DNA from: Eledone cirrhosa
Lineage: Eukaryota
Length of the DNA: 64,000 bases
NCBI GenBank assembly: GCA_964016885.1
Contig: OZ024742.1
Location: 77,376,001-77,440,000 of the forward strand
Direction of reading: 5' to 3'
Shown: positions 1 through 13,499 of the stretch, piece by piece
Numbering within the stretch: the stretch's first letter is position 1
Layout: each line of letters starts with the position of its first letter
Made by a program: the position numbers and the translations under genes
The notes under the pieces: generated by a model
Told to the model about the DNA's origin: nothing
The model's input: only the letters and a program-made list of their open reading frames with translations
Databases searched by the model: none

Positions 1-922
1 ATGCTATTTGAAAATACTTGATTTCTAATTATGTCCCAATGTCCTTGCATGTGTAAAGGCAGTTTGCGTTGCCCTTGAGTTTAATATCAAAGTGTTTCCT
101 CTATCGGATTCTTAGTTTGAGCTTGCATCACCCAAAATATTTTAGTTCTTCAATTATTATGACTACATATATAGTATACGTACATTTAAATCAGTGCATT
201 ATGATATCTACTTTGACTGAGTCAACTAATTAAATAGAATATTATATGTGGGATTGTGCAATAGAAATATGTTTGAAATATGAACTGGGCTGCCAGATTA
301 AAGATGAGATTCAAAAATCTAATTGGGAGGAGTAGAAAGCATTGTCGGCAAAAATGGTAAAGTATTTCAGAGGTCTTTCTTCAGATATTGTGTATAAGTC
401 TGTAAATGTCCACTGAGATCTTGAGTGTGTATAGGTTGTGGAAAATACCAAAGTAAACCTTGGAGTCCATAAGAGTATATAGAACAGTGTGTGTGTATCT
501 CTGATAGGACAGTAGACACATGCTTTCGTTTGAAAACTTAGAAGAGATCGATATCATTAGTCAGCAACTGAAAGAGGATGATCACATGCAAAGTATGGTC
601 TACGGTTATTGTCATGTTTAATAGAATAATACTAATATCGGCTATGTCTTACATATTGGCTTCGTAGTTAACATAATTAGTTACAGAGATATCGCATAAG
701 TATTTGGCTATCTGGAGATTATCCTGCTAACGTTGCTTAACAGCACTCTATTTAAACATGTTTTGTACAACCTTTCAGAGCTACGAAATAACTCATTGGG
801 TTGTTCGAATAGAAATAGCAGCCAACACCCGCTAGAGTCATAAAAATGCAATGAACAGCTACCCGTAAGCACCCAGAAGAGTAAGATATATTTATATATG
901 TATATACATATATATATATAGT

Positions 923-1070
923 GAAGGCATGTGGTTTGCGATTAGAACGTGTTCACAATCGTGAGAATTTGAGTACGATTCCCGGATCGGAAATTTTGTT
1001 GTGACCTTATGCAAAACACGTTATTTCATTTTACTCCACTTAACTCATCTGGAGAAATGAATTGGGGATT
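923..1070 (+). mobile_element. Degenerate tRNA-derived SINE-like fragment
   Basis: Follows a (TA)n tract. Shows A-box-like TGTGGTTTGCG and B-box-like GAGTACGATTCC, then a SINE-core-like TTGTGACCTTATGCAAAACAC. Confidence 0.4.
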
Positions 1071-1215
1071 CACTGGTGTTAGACTGACTTTTCTTTGAAC
1101 AACATCGGTTGAGTGGAGAGGGGAGATTTACATGTATGTTAGACGGCTCGTCTTCTATAAAAAAACACTTTGCTTGGACGTGTGCCTGAGAGGGAAATGT
1201 CTATGTACACATAGA

Positions 1216-1218
<3 letters not shown>

Positions 1219-1270
<52 letters not shown>

Positions 1271-1332
1271 TATATATATGTCTGTGTGCGTGTGTGCATG
1301 TGTGTGTGTGGGTGGGTGTATGTGTGTGTGTG

Positions 1333-1389
<57 letters not shown>

Positions 1390-1458
1390 TGTGTGTGTGT
1401 GTGTGTGTGTGTGGGTATGTGTGTGTGTGTGTGTGTGTGTGCGTGCGTGCGCGTGCGT
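1219..1458. repeat. Compound (TA)n/(TG)n microsatellite
   Basis: Directly visible; explains the YI/VC/HT ORFs here. Confidence 0.98.
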
Positions 1459-1883
1459 AACCATTCCACATATTTCCATTTTTTCCATTTGAATTGAGTG
1501 ATAGTGATATATATAATATTTTATTAATTTTCGAATCAATTGGTTTCTCATCGGAAGACATCTACGTCATATGTCAATTACACAACCACATGGAAATTCG
1601 CAAGCGATGAGCTTTCATACCATACCACCTACATTAGTATCCTAATTGGATGTACTAATTTGCATTTTATTGTCATACAAGTTGGTAGTTAATTTTGATA
1701 TATATCAAGTTATGTGACTACAAGTCTCTCGGTTGCGTATGTTCTAGTGCTTTGTTTAGATAAAACATATATATTCAGATAAGATGCTAACAAGCGTCGA
1801 AGATTGGATCAAAATACTCATTTTCTTTTCAACTTAGAATTTTGTGTATATTTGGTATTATTATATGTCTATATAATAATAAG

Positions 1884-2012
1884 CCTTTACGATCTGAGTT
1901 CAAATGCCGCAAGAGTTAACTTTGACTTTCATCCATACGGGGTCGATAAAATAAAGTACCAGTAATGCACTGGATAATTGCTGGCCTTGTGCCAACAGTA
2001 GAAACAATTATT
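1884..2012 (+). mobile_element. tRNA-derived SINE (octopus-type family), 5'-truncated
   Basis: CTGAGTTCAAATGCCGC B-box, then TTTCATCC..GGGGTCGATAAAATAAAGTACCAG and GGCCTTGTGCCAA..GTAGAAAC-(ATT). Same family as 27687, 43727, 56663 and 21650. Confidence 0.8.
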
Positions 2013-2879
2013 ATATGTCTACATATTCAATATGTAATTTATATCCACATTTACGGTCTCGGTTATATTTTGACTCTATTGATACATTTAGAATATGCAT
2101 ATAGATTTAGTAATAAGCGATCTCACAATTTTAGAGTATTTTTTGTATTAAATAATTGAAAATATTCGATATAATTAGCTACTTCAAACATGCTAATAGT
2201 TTCACATTATGTATGAGAATTATCCTATAAACACGTTATTGAATTGATCAAATGTACTTTCGTTGTGTATTTCGGGGCGACATGCAGCCCTTGAAGGGTA
2301 TGATATTTTACGTTGTGCATATATCAATGCACACTTATTTGATTTCGCTTGTGTTGAGTAGAATGTCGTTTTAGACAAAGCAAAATCTAGCAAAATATGT
2401 ATATCGGTTACAGTTATTTAAAGTCCAGTATATAGTACTTATGTTTTGCAACCCCGGGACAATGCCAGCAATTTGGAAGGAGGGAAAATAGCAAAAAAAA
2501 GAATGACAATGATGTTAATGTATGTAATTCGAGCCCTAAAAGTGGAAAAGCAACTTTCATATAGGTGAAATATTTTAGTGTGAAAATAAAGGGCCATAAG
2601 TGGCCCAAGTATACTCCTTGAGAAACTCCTGAAAGGATAGAAGTGTCACGGCTAGGATTGCTTTCATCATAATCATATGTCTGCTCTGTCAGGAATGACT
2701 TCGATTTGAACTACGAGAGCAACATCGGTAGTGCTACTAACTTACCACTCGAAATTCTAGAAACAGAAAACTTTCTTTCAAATTAAATCCTATCGATTTA
2801 AAAGAGAAAACGCATGTTCTAGATGAATTATGTCTAAATAGCCATGAATAGAATATTTATGATCATTCGTCCATACGAA

Positions 2880-3153
2880 TATGATTCCTATGAAGGCTCT
2901 ATAGATTAATAGTTCTGGAAAGCATGCGTAGCTCAAAGATCAGAGTACCAAACAAATTAAGCTGCTACATCCCTGCACGGAGACATAGAAGGAAAGAATC
3001 ACTAGAGAGATTTTACGAGCAAAGCCAACCGGCGGGAGACCCAGAGGCAGACCACGTCTAACACAGTTCGATAACATCAATATCCCGGTTTAGTCTCATT
3101 TACGGATGCAGCCTGATCAATTCTTAGACGGTTGCACCACAAACATATCGATG

Positions 3154-3155
<2 letters not shown>
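2880..3155 (+). mobile_element. RTE-clade LINE 3' remnant
   Basis: 3030-3077 translates GGRPRGRPRLTQFDNI, resembling the RTE C-terminal R(P)RGRPRxxWxDxI motif. It runs into a GAT/AAT repeat tail. Confidence 0.55.

Positions 3156-3209
<54 letters not shown>
3156..3209. repeat. (AAT)18 microsatellite at the 3' end of the Tx1 LINE
   Basis: Directly visible. Confidence 0.98.
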
Positions 3210-3210
<1 letters not shown>

Positions 3211-3439
3211 TTTTCTTTATTAACCACAAGGGTTTACATAAAGTAGACATTAAGGACAGTACAGGACAATACAGGACGGTACAAATGGGCATTTCTGCGT
3301 GTAAAAAAAAACAGAGGATGTAATAAAATAAAGAAAAATTCCACAATAGGGGGGAGACTTCCGAGGGACATTTGTGGAGAAAGCCCATTAAAAGACCGCA
3401 GTGACCCTGACCACCAGGGCAAGTGCCCTCTCCCAGTTT

Positions 3440-6400
3440 TCCACCTTTAATTTACAGACACATACTCAGAGAAGGCCCATTCATTCGGGCCATACTTGCT
3501 TCTCTCACCCATCTTTCAACAAAACGCTGGGAAGAGAGCACTTCCCTCTCTACCCTGATTTTCCTTTTAAATGAAATTTGAAAAAGTTAATCAGGGCATC
3601 ACCGAAGAGGTAAGTGCTCGTCTTCAGCCCTTTCAAACGTGTCCACCATACTATCTCTTTCGCCATGGCCACCAGACAGATAAAAACTGCTTGCCCTTCC
3701 CGGCTAAAGGAAGAGGGCGGGGCAATCCTCACGATGGACTCAGCTGATAGCTGGATCCGTCCTACACGTGACAGCAAGTGTTCGACATAAACCCACAAGT
3801 CAGCAATGCTTGGACATTGGACAAGTGTGTGCAGGACGGTTTCGTCACCCTGCGCGCATCTTGGACATGCCCGGCTGACGGCACCTCCATGCCTGTAGAG
3901 TTTATCCCGAACTGGCAAAGCTCCCCGGTAGCACTACCAGGCCAGGGATTTCTGGAAGTTGTCCATAGGCCACGGCCCGAAAGTTCTTCCGAAGAGATTG
4001 GCTAGTTGATTTTCGTCGACGCCTAGAGTTTCTCCAAGTACTTCGTCGCTCTTCCTCTACACTAATCCTCTATAGAACGCCAAGGTGGAGTTTCCACCGA
4101 TCACATTGCCCGATTGGTCGAGGGCTGTGAGCGCCTGAAGACATTCCAGTCTCCAAGCGCTCCCTCTCGGTCTTCGCTTGACTCAGGACAGCAGCTCCAT
4201 CAAAGAGACGAGCTGTGGAAAGACGTGTCTATCAAACGGCGTCCACACTTGATCACCGTCGAGGAAGAGGTGAAGATGTCGTAGCCTGAGCGCGTGTCTG
4301 CGCATCATCAGCCACGGCATGCCCAGCCCTCCACGTAGCGGGTGTTGACAGCAGATGGGCCGCCTGACCATCGGAGCGCGTCCCTTCCACAAAAAGCGAA
4401 AGAGCAAACGCTCCAGCGCAGTCAGGCGGGGCTTAGGATAAGGTACGACGGTCAGGCGGTAGTAGATGACGGACGCGATGTACGCGTTAGCCACATCCGC
4501 TCGACCTTTCAGGGATAGCTTCCTCTCGGCCCATTTCTGGGTGAGAGAAGCCACCCTGCTCGTCCCCTCGTCCCAGTTTTTGTCCGTCTGGAGGTCTGGA
4601 CAGAACCAGACCCCTAGCAATTTAACCGGTCCGTCCGAAGACGCTGTTGGACGGCATGGACCTGCGTCTCCAGGTGCCGAGCTGCAGGCCCACTGACTTT
4701 TCCTGGTTGATCATTGCTCCTGTCACCGATTCGTATTCTTTTAGTGTAGTGCCGATCGCATCGATGTGTTTGGCGTTCGACACCACTACGGTGACATCGT
4801 CCGCATATGCTGACACGGATCTTCCGCATCCTAGTTCGCGCGGGACCCCCTCAACGTCTCCAGTTTGTGCAGTAATGGCTCGAGAGTCAATACGTACAAT
4901 AAGGACGAGAGGAGACATCCTTGGCGGACCGAGCGCATGATGTTGAACGGTTGCGAAAGATGACCGTTCACTCTCACTACAGAGCAGATGCCGCTGTGCA
5001 TAGCAGCGATCCAGCCTCTGAAGACGGGCCCAAAGCCAGCCGCCCTCAGGACTGCAGCTAGGTAACGATGGTCGATCCTATCGAAGGCTTTCGACTAATC
5101 TAAATTGATCAAAGACCCACCCATACCAGGTTCCCTAGCTACCCTCTCTACGATGTATCGCATGAGGTGGAGGTTGTCGTGGATGGATCTGTCGGGAATG
5201 GCGCATGTCTGCGTCTCTCCCACCAGACCACCAACGACAAGCGCCAACCTCTTTGCTAGCACATTGGCCAAAATCCTGAAATCTGTGTTTAGCAGATTTA
5301 TGGGCCTAAAATTATCTATGATATCCCCCTTGTTCGGATCCTTTCTCAGCAACGCCACCGCTCTTCGGCTCACAGAGCTGGGAATTCTCCCATTCTGTTG
5401 CCAGTTGCAGTAGACGTCCGCCAAGAGGCCTCCGAACAAGTCTGGGATTTGTACGAAAAGTTCATAGGGCAGACCATACAAACCAGGCGATTTACCCCTT
5501 GTGCAGCCAGTCATTTCCTCCCGTACTTCAGCGGCTGTTATCGGCTTTTCGCAACACTCCGCCTCAGTGCCAGAGAGCCGCGGCAGTCCGTCGAGGTAGA
5601 CACTAAAGTCCATCCCTCGATCCGGCCCGCCACTGCCCCCGAACAGTTCGGCGAAGTGTCGCTGAAAAGCTTCACACATTTTCCCGGGATCGAGTAGCAT
5701 GCGCCCGTCGTGGTCCACCAAAGACCGGATCGTGGCTTTGTTGCCACGACGCGCCTCCGCCACTCGGGCCCATTGAACGGCTTTCGTCCCCTCGTGTCTG
5801 AGAGCACACACCCTAGCTCTGACAACGCAGCCTTCGTGCTTTGCATTTAAGAATTGGTCAAGGGCCAATTTCGCCGCAAGTACATCGGTCGCGATGCCTT
5901 TGCAAAGCGCCTCGTCTAATTTTCTAACTAATTCTCCCTCTGCTCTATTTTTCTCTATTGCTAAAGCCTTACTAAACCTAATGGACTCTATTCTAATTGC
6001 TCTTTTCAGAGCAAACCACCACTTGTTGTTGACGATGGCCCCCGTCAACGCCCGCTTAACTAGTTCGCTAATCCGGTCTCTGTAGGCCTTGCGCGCTGGT
6101 AAGGACGCGTTTAGTTTCCAGTAGCCTGGTCCTCGTTTATGAAGCCTATCTAAGTCAAGCACACAGATCACAAATTTGTGGTCCGTGTAGCTGACTATCT
6201 TGAATTGTGGACAGCCTATGCTAGACCTATCTATTTCCCTACAAATTACTCTATCTAGATATGATCTGGATGACCCTATGCGATTTGTCCAAGTCCACAT
6301 TGGTACATTCGGGAAATCCAATCGGTACCTGTCAGACAGTTCAAAACGCCTGAGCAGGTTGGTGAGACTCTTGCACCCTCCTCCCCTATCCACTAATCCT

Positions 6401-6858
6401 ACACAATCCCAACGTGCATCTAAGATCCCGTTCCAGTCGCCCACTAACACTAAAGAGCGGGACGTTCCAAGAAAGGTCTCCAGACGCCGGAAGAAATCAG
6501 GCCGCCCTGCTCCTGTCGGGGCATAGACGGCCACTAAACTGAAAGCTTGCCCGTCTCAGCTGGTCACGTCCAGCACCACCAACTTACCTTCTGGGTACAG
6601 GAAGATGGCCCGTATGGCAAGATCCAAACCTCTCCGAAAAAGCACAGCAACTCCTTCCCCCGATCCCGGACGGCTGGGAGATACGTACACATCGTAGCCG
6701 CCGAAGATCGGTGCGAAGGCCCGTGCTTTGGAGATTCTGGTCTCGCTGATGGCCACTACATCTATGTTTAGTGACCTGAGGTCATTGAGCAGGTGGCCCT
6801 GCTTCCATGATGACGCCAAGCCACGCGCATTTATGCTGCCTATTCTGAGTGAGGTCAT
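3440..6858 (-). pseudogene. Tx1 ORF2: APE endonuclease, reverse transcriptase and C-terminal zinc finger (frameshifted)
   Basis: Motifs SINARGL, ISET, VYAP, GDWN, SYLDR, YTDH (APE); KSPGLYG, FRPINLLNTD, SAYADD (RT); GGLGMP; CPRCAQGDETVLHTLVQC. Confidence 0.93.
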
Positions 6859-6892
6859 GTTGGAAAGGAGTGGAAAAGATGGGAAAGACCAC

Positions 6893-8714
6893 CTACCTTA
6901 TTTCTCGTAGAGGAAGGACGGTTTTTCCATCCTTTTCACTGCTTGTGGCCTCCTCAGGAAGGATGTCCTTATAAATCCTCCTGGAGAGTGCTTGTCGGAA
7001 GTCTCCGATGTCTTTGGGGAATATTTGTTTTAGTATCATGTACGTTTTCTGTGTGATGCGAGTGATTTGTATGTGTGGAGGTGGTGTGCATTTTGGGGTT
7101 GTTGTGTAGTCTTTTTCTGTGATGTTGGTGTTGTGTTGGATGTAGTGTAATAATTGCTTGTTGTTCAAATTTAATGCTGTGTAGTGTGTATGATTTTGGT
7201 TGTTTTGTTTTGTTTGCGTTTGTTGTGGGTTTGTTTCTGTTTCGCATTTTGGTAACTTTTGTGGTGTAGGTGATGCTGGTGTTGGGGTTAATGATGGTGA
7301 TGGTGTTGGTCTTTGGGGTGATTGGGTTGGTGATGCTGGTGTGGATGGTGGCATATCTGTCCTAACTTTTTTGTTTGTTAATTTATTTGTTTCCCTCTGT
7401 ATTTTGTTTTTGGAGGGGGAAGGATGAGAATTTTTTTCTTTTTTGGTTTCTGTTTTTTCTGATACCGTTTCCCACTCCTCGTCGTCACAATCTGTCTCCA
7501 GTTGTGATAGGCTGTTGTGATTGCTTCTGCTGTTGCTGCTACAGTTGTTGCTGTCATCTCTGCTACTGGTGGTGTTGATGGTTGAGTCACTGGGGAGGGT
7601 AGGAGAGGTGGCCTCAACCTTTTAGCCTGAAGGCAGAAAGCCCTTAGGTGGGTTCCTTCACCACAAACGACACACCTAGGCCTTCTGCCCTCGACAATTA
7701 CGGTGAGGTGGCTGTCGTCAGTGAGTTCTATTACCTCTGGGATCTCCTCAATGCTTTTTTGGTCCGCTTGGATCAGGAGCTCATCCCAGATCCGGACCAG
7801 TTCTCCTGATTTTCTATTGCTATTATATTTGAGTTGGTTTCGATGCCGGCGAGGACGGCCGTTATTAGCCAGGGAATTTCGATGGCCAGTGGAACGTGGG
7901 TCACCCTGATCTTTACGAGTCTCTGGCCACAATAGCTTAGGACGAGTGTGAAGTCGTCACTTCTTAATGGGGCCATGGAGTGTTCTCTAGCCTCATCTGG
8001 TGTTTCAAAGAACACGTCCACGTTTCCCACTTCTGCCCACGTCTGATGTGTGTTTTTCTTGCCCACACATGTCCCAAAGGTTTTTGGATTTGGGACTCGG
8101 ATGCCCGTTCCACTCGGCGCGATTTTACATTAATTGTTCTATACGACACGGTGCATAGGCGCCGATGCTCCATTTTATTAGGTGGGGCTGGGGTGAGACT
8201 GAACCTGTACCCATCTTTCTTTACCATTTTTTTGGCATTTTCTAATTCCTCCTGAGTTACCTGAAATGCTTCGCACTGTTTTGCTACTCTGGCAAAACTC
8301 AGGGTGGTTTTCTTAATGTCATTGTTGCTGTTGTTATTATCGTTATTTTTGTTATTATTAATTTTAGTTTCAGTTGTGGTGGTGGTGGCGTCCGTGGTGT
8401 TCGGTGTGGAAGAGTTCATTTTGGTTGAATTCATTTCGACATCACGAGTTAATTTATTTTTTTCTTTTGTTTCTGTTGTCGCGGTGGTGGTGGGGTGGGG
8501 GTTGTCGCGGTGGTGGTGGTGGTTGCGGCTTTAACACCTGCAGTCATTGGTAATGGCGGGAAATGAATGTCTGCCTGAGACAATTTAAAATATTGCTACT
8601 GCTCAAATTTTTAGTGTTAGCAAACGTAGTAATATTTACAATGGTGGTGTCGGTGTGAGGTGTTAGGTTGTGAGGAAGGCTCTCAGCTGCTTGGTGCAGA
8701 GGTGAATCAGCCAT
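6893..8714 (-). pseudogene. Tx1 ORF1 (gag-like, zinc knuckle), frameshifted
   Basis: Overlapping ORF pieces 8544-8744, 7964-8434, 7773-8066, 7378-7932 and 6893-7354. Contains EGRRPRCVVCGEGTHLRAFC (CX2CX4HX4C) and ends just upstream of the ORF2 ATG. Confidence 0.8.
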
Positions 8715-8916
8715 GATTTTTTCAAAGAAATTTTTGATAATCATAAAAGTTTAAATTTTGGGCCCCAATCATTTTGGGTGTCCTTTTCGGAAAACAATGT
8801 ATGTGCGCTTATATACAGTTAACAATAAAAATGTTCCATAAATGGAAATTTTTAACAAACGGAAACAACAAAACTTTGCGGAGCTCACGATGATACGATT
8901 TACTACGTAGGTCGCC

Positions 8917-8973
<57 letters not shown>
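8917..8973. repeat. (AAT)19 microsatellite between the Tx1 5' end and the Dong-like element
   Basis: Directly visible. Confidence 0.98.
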
Positions 8974-8974
<1 letters not shown>

Positions 8975-10320
8975 GGATCGATGCCATAAACACGCTTGCC
9001 ATACCAGTAGTAACCTACAGTTACAATGTCATCAACTGGTCAAGCACAGTGATCCGTAGGCTCGATACAAAAATTCAAAAATTCTTAACCATGCACAGAA
9101 TGCATCACCCTAAAGAAGATATAGATAGAATATATCTCCCTAGGAAAGAAGGAGGACGTGGGTTAATCCAGTTAGACATTGCGTTGAAAACTGTAACAAT
9201 TGGATTATCTACATATCTAAGGGAATCACATGATTGGATGATCAAACTCGTTTTGAAACACGAAAGCATCAAAAGATCATATTCCATTACAAAAGATGCA
9301 CAAAGATGCAGTAATGGACTACACATTTCAGAAGTCCCATTTAATGCTGAAATGGAAAACACAGAAAAAGCAAAGCAGGTAAAAGTAACTGCAAATAAAG
9401 AACTGCTACAGAAACTGGCTAAGAAATGGCAAGAAAAGCCTCTGTATGGAAAATACCCAGAGCTAGCTAACAATCCTGGTGTTGACAAAACTTTAACCCA
9501 TCAGTGGTTGGCATCCTCTGGACTGAAATCGGAGACTGAAGGACTGATTATATCGGCACAAGATCAGTGCCTGCCAACAAAAAATTACCAAGCCAACATA
9601 ATAAAAAATGGATGCAGCCCATTATGCCGTGTATGCAAAAAACAACCAGAGACCATTGACCATATAATTTCAATGTGCAGTCCTATAGCTCCAACCAAGT
9701 ACCTAAACAGGCATGACAGAGCTGCACAATACATACATTGGATAATGTGTAAGCATTTTGACCTGCCCCATCAGAAGAATTGGTGGGAGCATCAACCACC
9801 TCCCATACTTGAAAAAGATCACATCTCAATCTTGTGGAACTTTAGCATCCAAACAGACCGAAAAATAGATCCAAATAGACCTGATATAATATTGAAGGAC
9901 TTTAAAAAGAGGGTATGCCTGCTAATTGATATGTCTGTTCCAATAGACAAGAATGTATCTATAAAAACATTTGAAAAATTGAGCAAGTATAAGGACCTGG
10001 AGATAGAAATTGGAAAAATGTGGAAATTGAGAACTAAAACAATACCAGTGGTTGTAGGCGCCCTGGGAATGATACTTAAGGGGTCTAATGATTACTTATC
10101 GCAAATCCCAGGAAACCCGCGTAGATGAGAAATACAAAAGATAGTACTAATGGGAACTGCCCATATACTAAGGAAGATTCTGTCAATATAAGTACATCAC
10201 AAGTCTAAACACTAAAGATGCATGTGTGAGTATGTATGTTCTTTCTTGAACATGGCGGACCTTGTTGTCTCTTGAGGTCACTGGTTGTGACTTGATGATA
10301 ATGGTGCAAATTTTGTAGAC
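8974..10320 (+). mobile_element. R4/Dong-clade RLE non-LTR retrotransposon, 5'-truncated
   Basis: ORF 9049-10128 has RIYLPRKEGGRGL, ETEGLIISAQDQ, CRVC..ETIDHIISMC (CCHC), RHD, RPDIILKD..LIDMSVP, EKLSKY and PVVVGALG. The frame continues EIQKIVLMGTAHILRKILSI* to 10190. The 3' boundary is approximate. Confidence 0.92.
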
Positions 10321-12899
10321 TATTGGACAAAAGATATTTTGAATATATTTTGATAAATTGTATGAGTCTGCATTCCTCCTTTCATCATACTGAAGTTGTT
10401 ATAATATGGGACCTGCCACGAGCAAGAGTTGATTTAATCACAATTCCTCCACGAAATTCCTGGTTATATGTCTGAATTAAAAACTATGATTTTTGTTGTT
10501 TTAATGAATGCTATATTCCGTCCTTCAAACCCCAAAACAACTGTAACGAAGAAGACTTTTTTGGACAGCTCTGCACATTCAAAATTGAATATATATTTAG
10601 TCATATTCGTACACAATGAAATATCATATAACTAAAGGCTATATGTCACTCTGATATTCACCAAGACAATGGAAATGATCAGTGTAATATCTTACTGATA
10701 GAACAATCTGCGTGGATGCTATGGATGTATATGAATATTTGAAAGAGTTAATGACTTCAAATATATTTGCACGATATATATATGCGCTACTAAGTATGAC
10801 TTCCACAGCACGAAACCATATCATACAGAAGCATGGCATCTCTCAATGCATATGTATTTAAGAATGTATGCATGTGTGTGTGTGCCCTTGTGTGTAAATC
10901 AACGGTAAGGGTAGGAAGACTAAACCGTCAATAGAAAAAAAATAGAAAAAGCACTCAATGCAGTGTTAATCTATTATGCACAATATTTAGCGCAACAGTA
11001 AATACTGTAGCAACAAGCATATCAGGCATCGCAGCATCAACTAAACGTCTAGAACTTGTGGCAGCCAAAATGGTATCAGCAATCCAAAGTACATCAAAGC
11101 AAGACAGCAACTAAATGAGTTACAACAGATTCAAAACTAACAGTAACAAAAGCGTCTGCACTTTTTAGATCAAAAGCATTAACATAAAAATCAATAGCAG
11201 AGCCAAGTAGAACAATAGCAACAATAGTTCCATCGATAACAGAGACTGAAACAATGAGATATAACAGTGAGGATAAAAGTAACAACGCATCATTGACAAC
11301 ATTAACTGCAACTATATAAGCAGTAAGAGTGAGAATTGACAATAGAAACTGCATTAGAAAGAACAATAAGAGACACTTCCCCTATATCATCATCAAGAAC
11401 AGCAACAATGACACACAATATTAACAGATTGTGAAACAAGCATAACAAAATAATAGATAAAATAACATCAATATATAAAACAAGAGCTGCAGCATTAACG
11501 CCAATAGATGTAGTTTTCTTAATAGTATGCACGTCAACAACAATAACAGAATGTCGCAGCTATAATACTGATACAATGGATATCGAATATGACATCAAAG
11601 ACAACATCAACAATAATACAAGTAGCAAAATGGAAAACACAACAAAATAAGAGCAACATGTATGGATGTTTTCAATGAGAACAACTCAACTCGTCTATAT
11701 ATTTATTCAAGATTTATTGGATTAAAGAAATATTAGCAGAAATGTTATGAGGTACGGAGAACAAACAACATCGAAACTTATAGTTTTGTATATAGAAACC
11801 AATAGTTTGTATCACAAACGATGTGGCTCCATGGCACTCTGTGCCAGCGATCTACCATAATTAATCAGTTAACTTTTTAATAGCAAAAGTGAATACAAAA
11901 TATTCATCGATAATTTATTTATCGAGTTGCTGAAATTAGAAGACAAATGTCCTTTGTATTACAATTAAACCTCTGGTCAGATAGATAAAACTAAAATTAG
12001 CATTAGAAGAAAAATATGAATCTGATGAAAACTGGATGATCAATCATAGGTCTGCTCAGTTGTGGGATTAAGAACAACGTCACCAGATATGGATTTTTAC
12101 AAAGCGAAATATAACTACTCAAAGTTATGGAAGTATTCAGAATAAGTATCAATCCTACTGGTGACAAGTGAATAGAAATGTGCTAAGAAACACACACATA
12201 TTTACAGATCATATATACACACGTTCTTATATCAATATATATGTTATATATCAACCGAAATAATCCGGGTGGTAGCTGATAAAGAGCTGTGAAGACGAGT
12301 TCTTTTAGCTCTGCTGGAGTCAACAGCAAGACACACACAGCAACATGTTGCTACCGACTACAAATATGAGACCAAATAATTGAAATATATACACAAAATA
12401 AAGCCGAAATAAAGCTTAATTTGAGAGAATTGTTATTTATTTGCAGTAATTAACATTATAATATTTGCTAAATTCTGTTACAATCTTGCTTTTATCATTA
12501 GCCCTTTCACCATCGCCCGTCAACCAAAGAGCAAAAAAAAAAAAAAGAAAAAAGAAGAAGCCGCTACTGTAGACATCAGTATGGACACTGTCATGTATCA
12601 GGACAGGGATTAAATCCAATAACGTCAGCAAAGCAATGTCAGGAAATGATTTTTAAGAGAGAGAGAACCAACCGCATATATATATATATATATATATAAA
12701 GAGATAGAGAGAGAGGGAGAGAGAGATAGAGAGAGAGAGAGGGGGGGGAGAGAGAGAGCCATGCATAAGTGTATGTCACTTCACATGATTATAATACATA
12801 TTGGATGCGCGGAAAACTATTTATAGATTATAGTGCAAGGATGGGGGGGGGGTTCCCCTGTGGAGGCAATATCAATTGTTATATTAGAACCCCTTTAAT

Positions 12900-13430
12900 A
12901 ATTGGAGATATATAAAGATTAAGAATAGTGGGTTATACTTAAATTTAATTATAAAAATGAAATTGAGCAAGACACTATGTTGATTAGATTCTGTTGGGTT
13001 AGGACAATGGGATTGATGAGTTAATATATGTATACAAAAACTACAACGGTACGCGATGGAGTTCACCCACAGCCCCGGCGGACAGAATGGAGAAGGTGTT
13101 TCCCCGGAGGACGACAAGGGAGAGCCGCTGGAAATTCCACTCCAACTCACGGGGTTCACACCTGCGGCTGGCCAGCTCAGCGCCTATGGTGGTGAGTAAG
13201 TAGGTAGCCCTGGGGCCGAGGAAACCAGAAGTCTCCACTACCAGGGGTACGACCGCAAATCTGCCGGAGAGCGACCGGTATTTCAGGAGTTTGGCCCCCT
13301 CAGCCCGACGTGCAGCAGAACCTGGGTCAGTCACAGACTGCACCAGGTTGCGGCTGCAGAAAGTGTCGGTGCAAATGGCATCCCAGTCGATGGGTTTGCC
13401 ACCGCGGAACGGGGAGATGGTCATGCCATA
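12900..13430 (-). mobile_element. CRE-like RLE non-LTR element, 3' (restriction-like endonuclease) part
   Basis: GMTISPFRGGKPIDWDAICTDT..AEGAKLLKY..VPLVVETSG..FQRLSLVVLRGN. Confidence 0.8.
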
Positions 13431-13499
13431 TCTAGTCTAATGTGTGGTTAAATTTTAGAGAATAAGATAGTAATTGGTTGAGATTTAGTAGAGGTAGAA

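Larger units (their letters stand above)
3210..8916 (-). mobile_element. Near full-length Tx1/L1-clade non-LTR retrotransposon (~5.7 kb), inactivated by frameshifts
   Basis: ORF1 with a CCHC knuckle, then ORF2 APE-RT-CCHC. A minus-strand AATAAA lies just before the (ATT)n tail, and the 5' end GGCGACCTACG abuts (ATT)n. Confidence 0.93.

Noticed and set aside
10960-11660. Hydrophobic, membrane-protein-like ORFs at 11094-11532
   Set aside because: They are the reverse strand of a decayed CAA/GCA-rich low-complexity tract.
12272-12357. GGTAG-CTGATAA..AGAGCT/AGCTCT..GCAACATGTTGCTACC hammerhead-like fold
   Set aside because: Both core segments deviate and the register is ambiguous; too weak to call.
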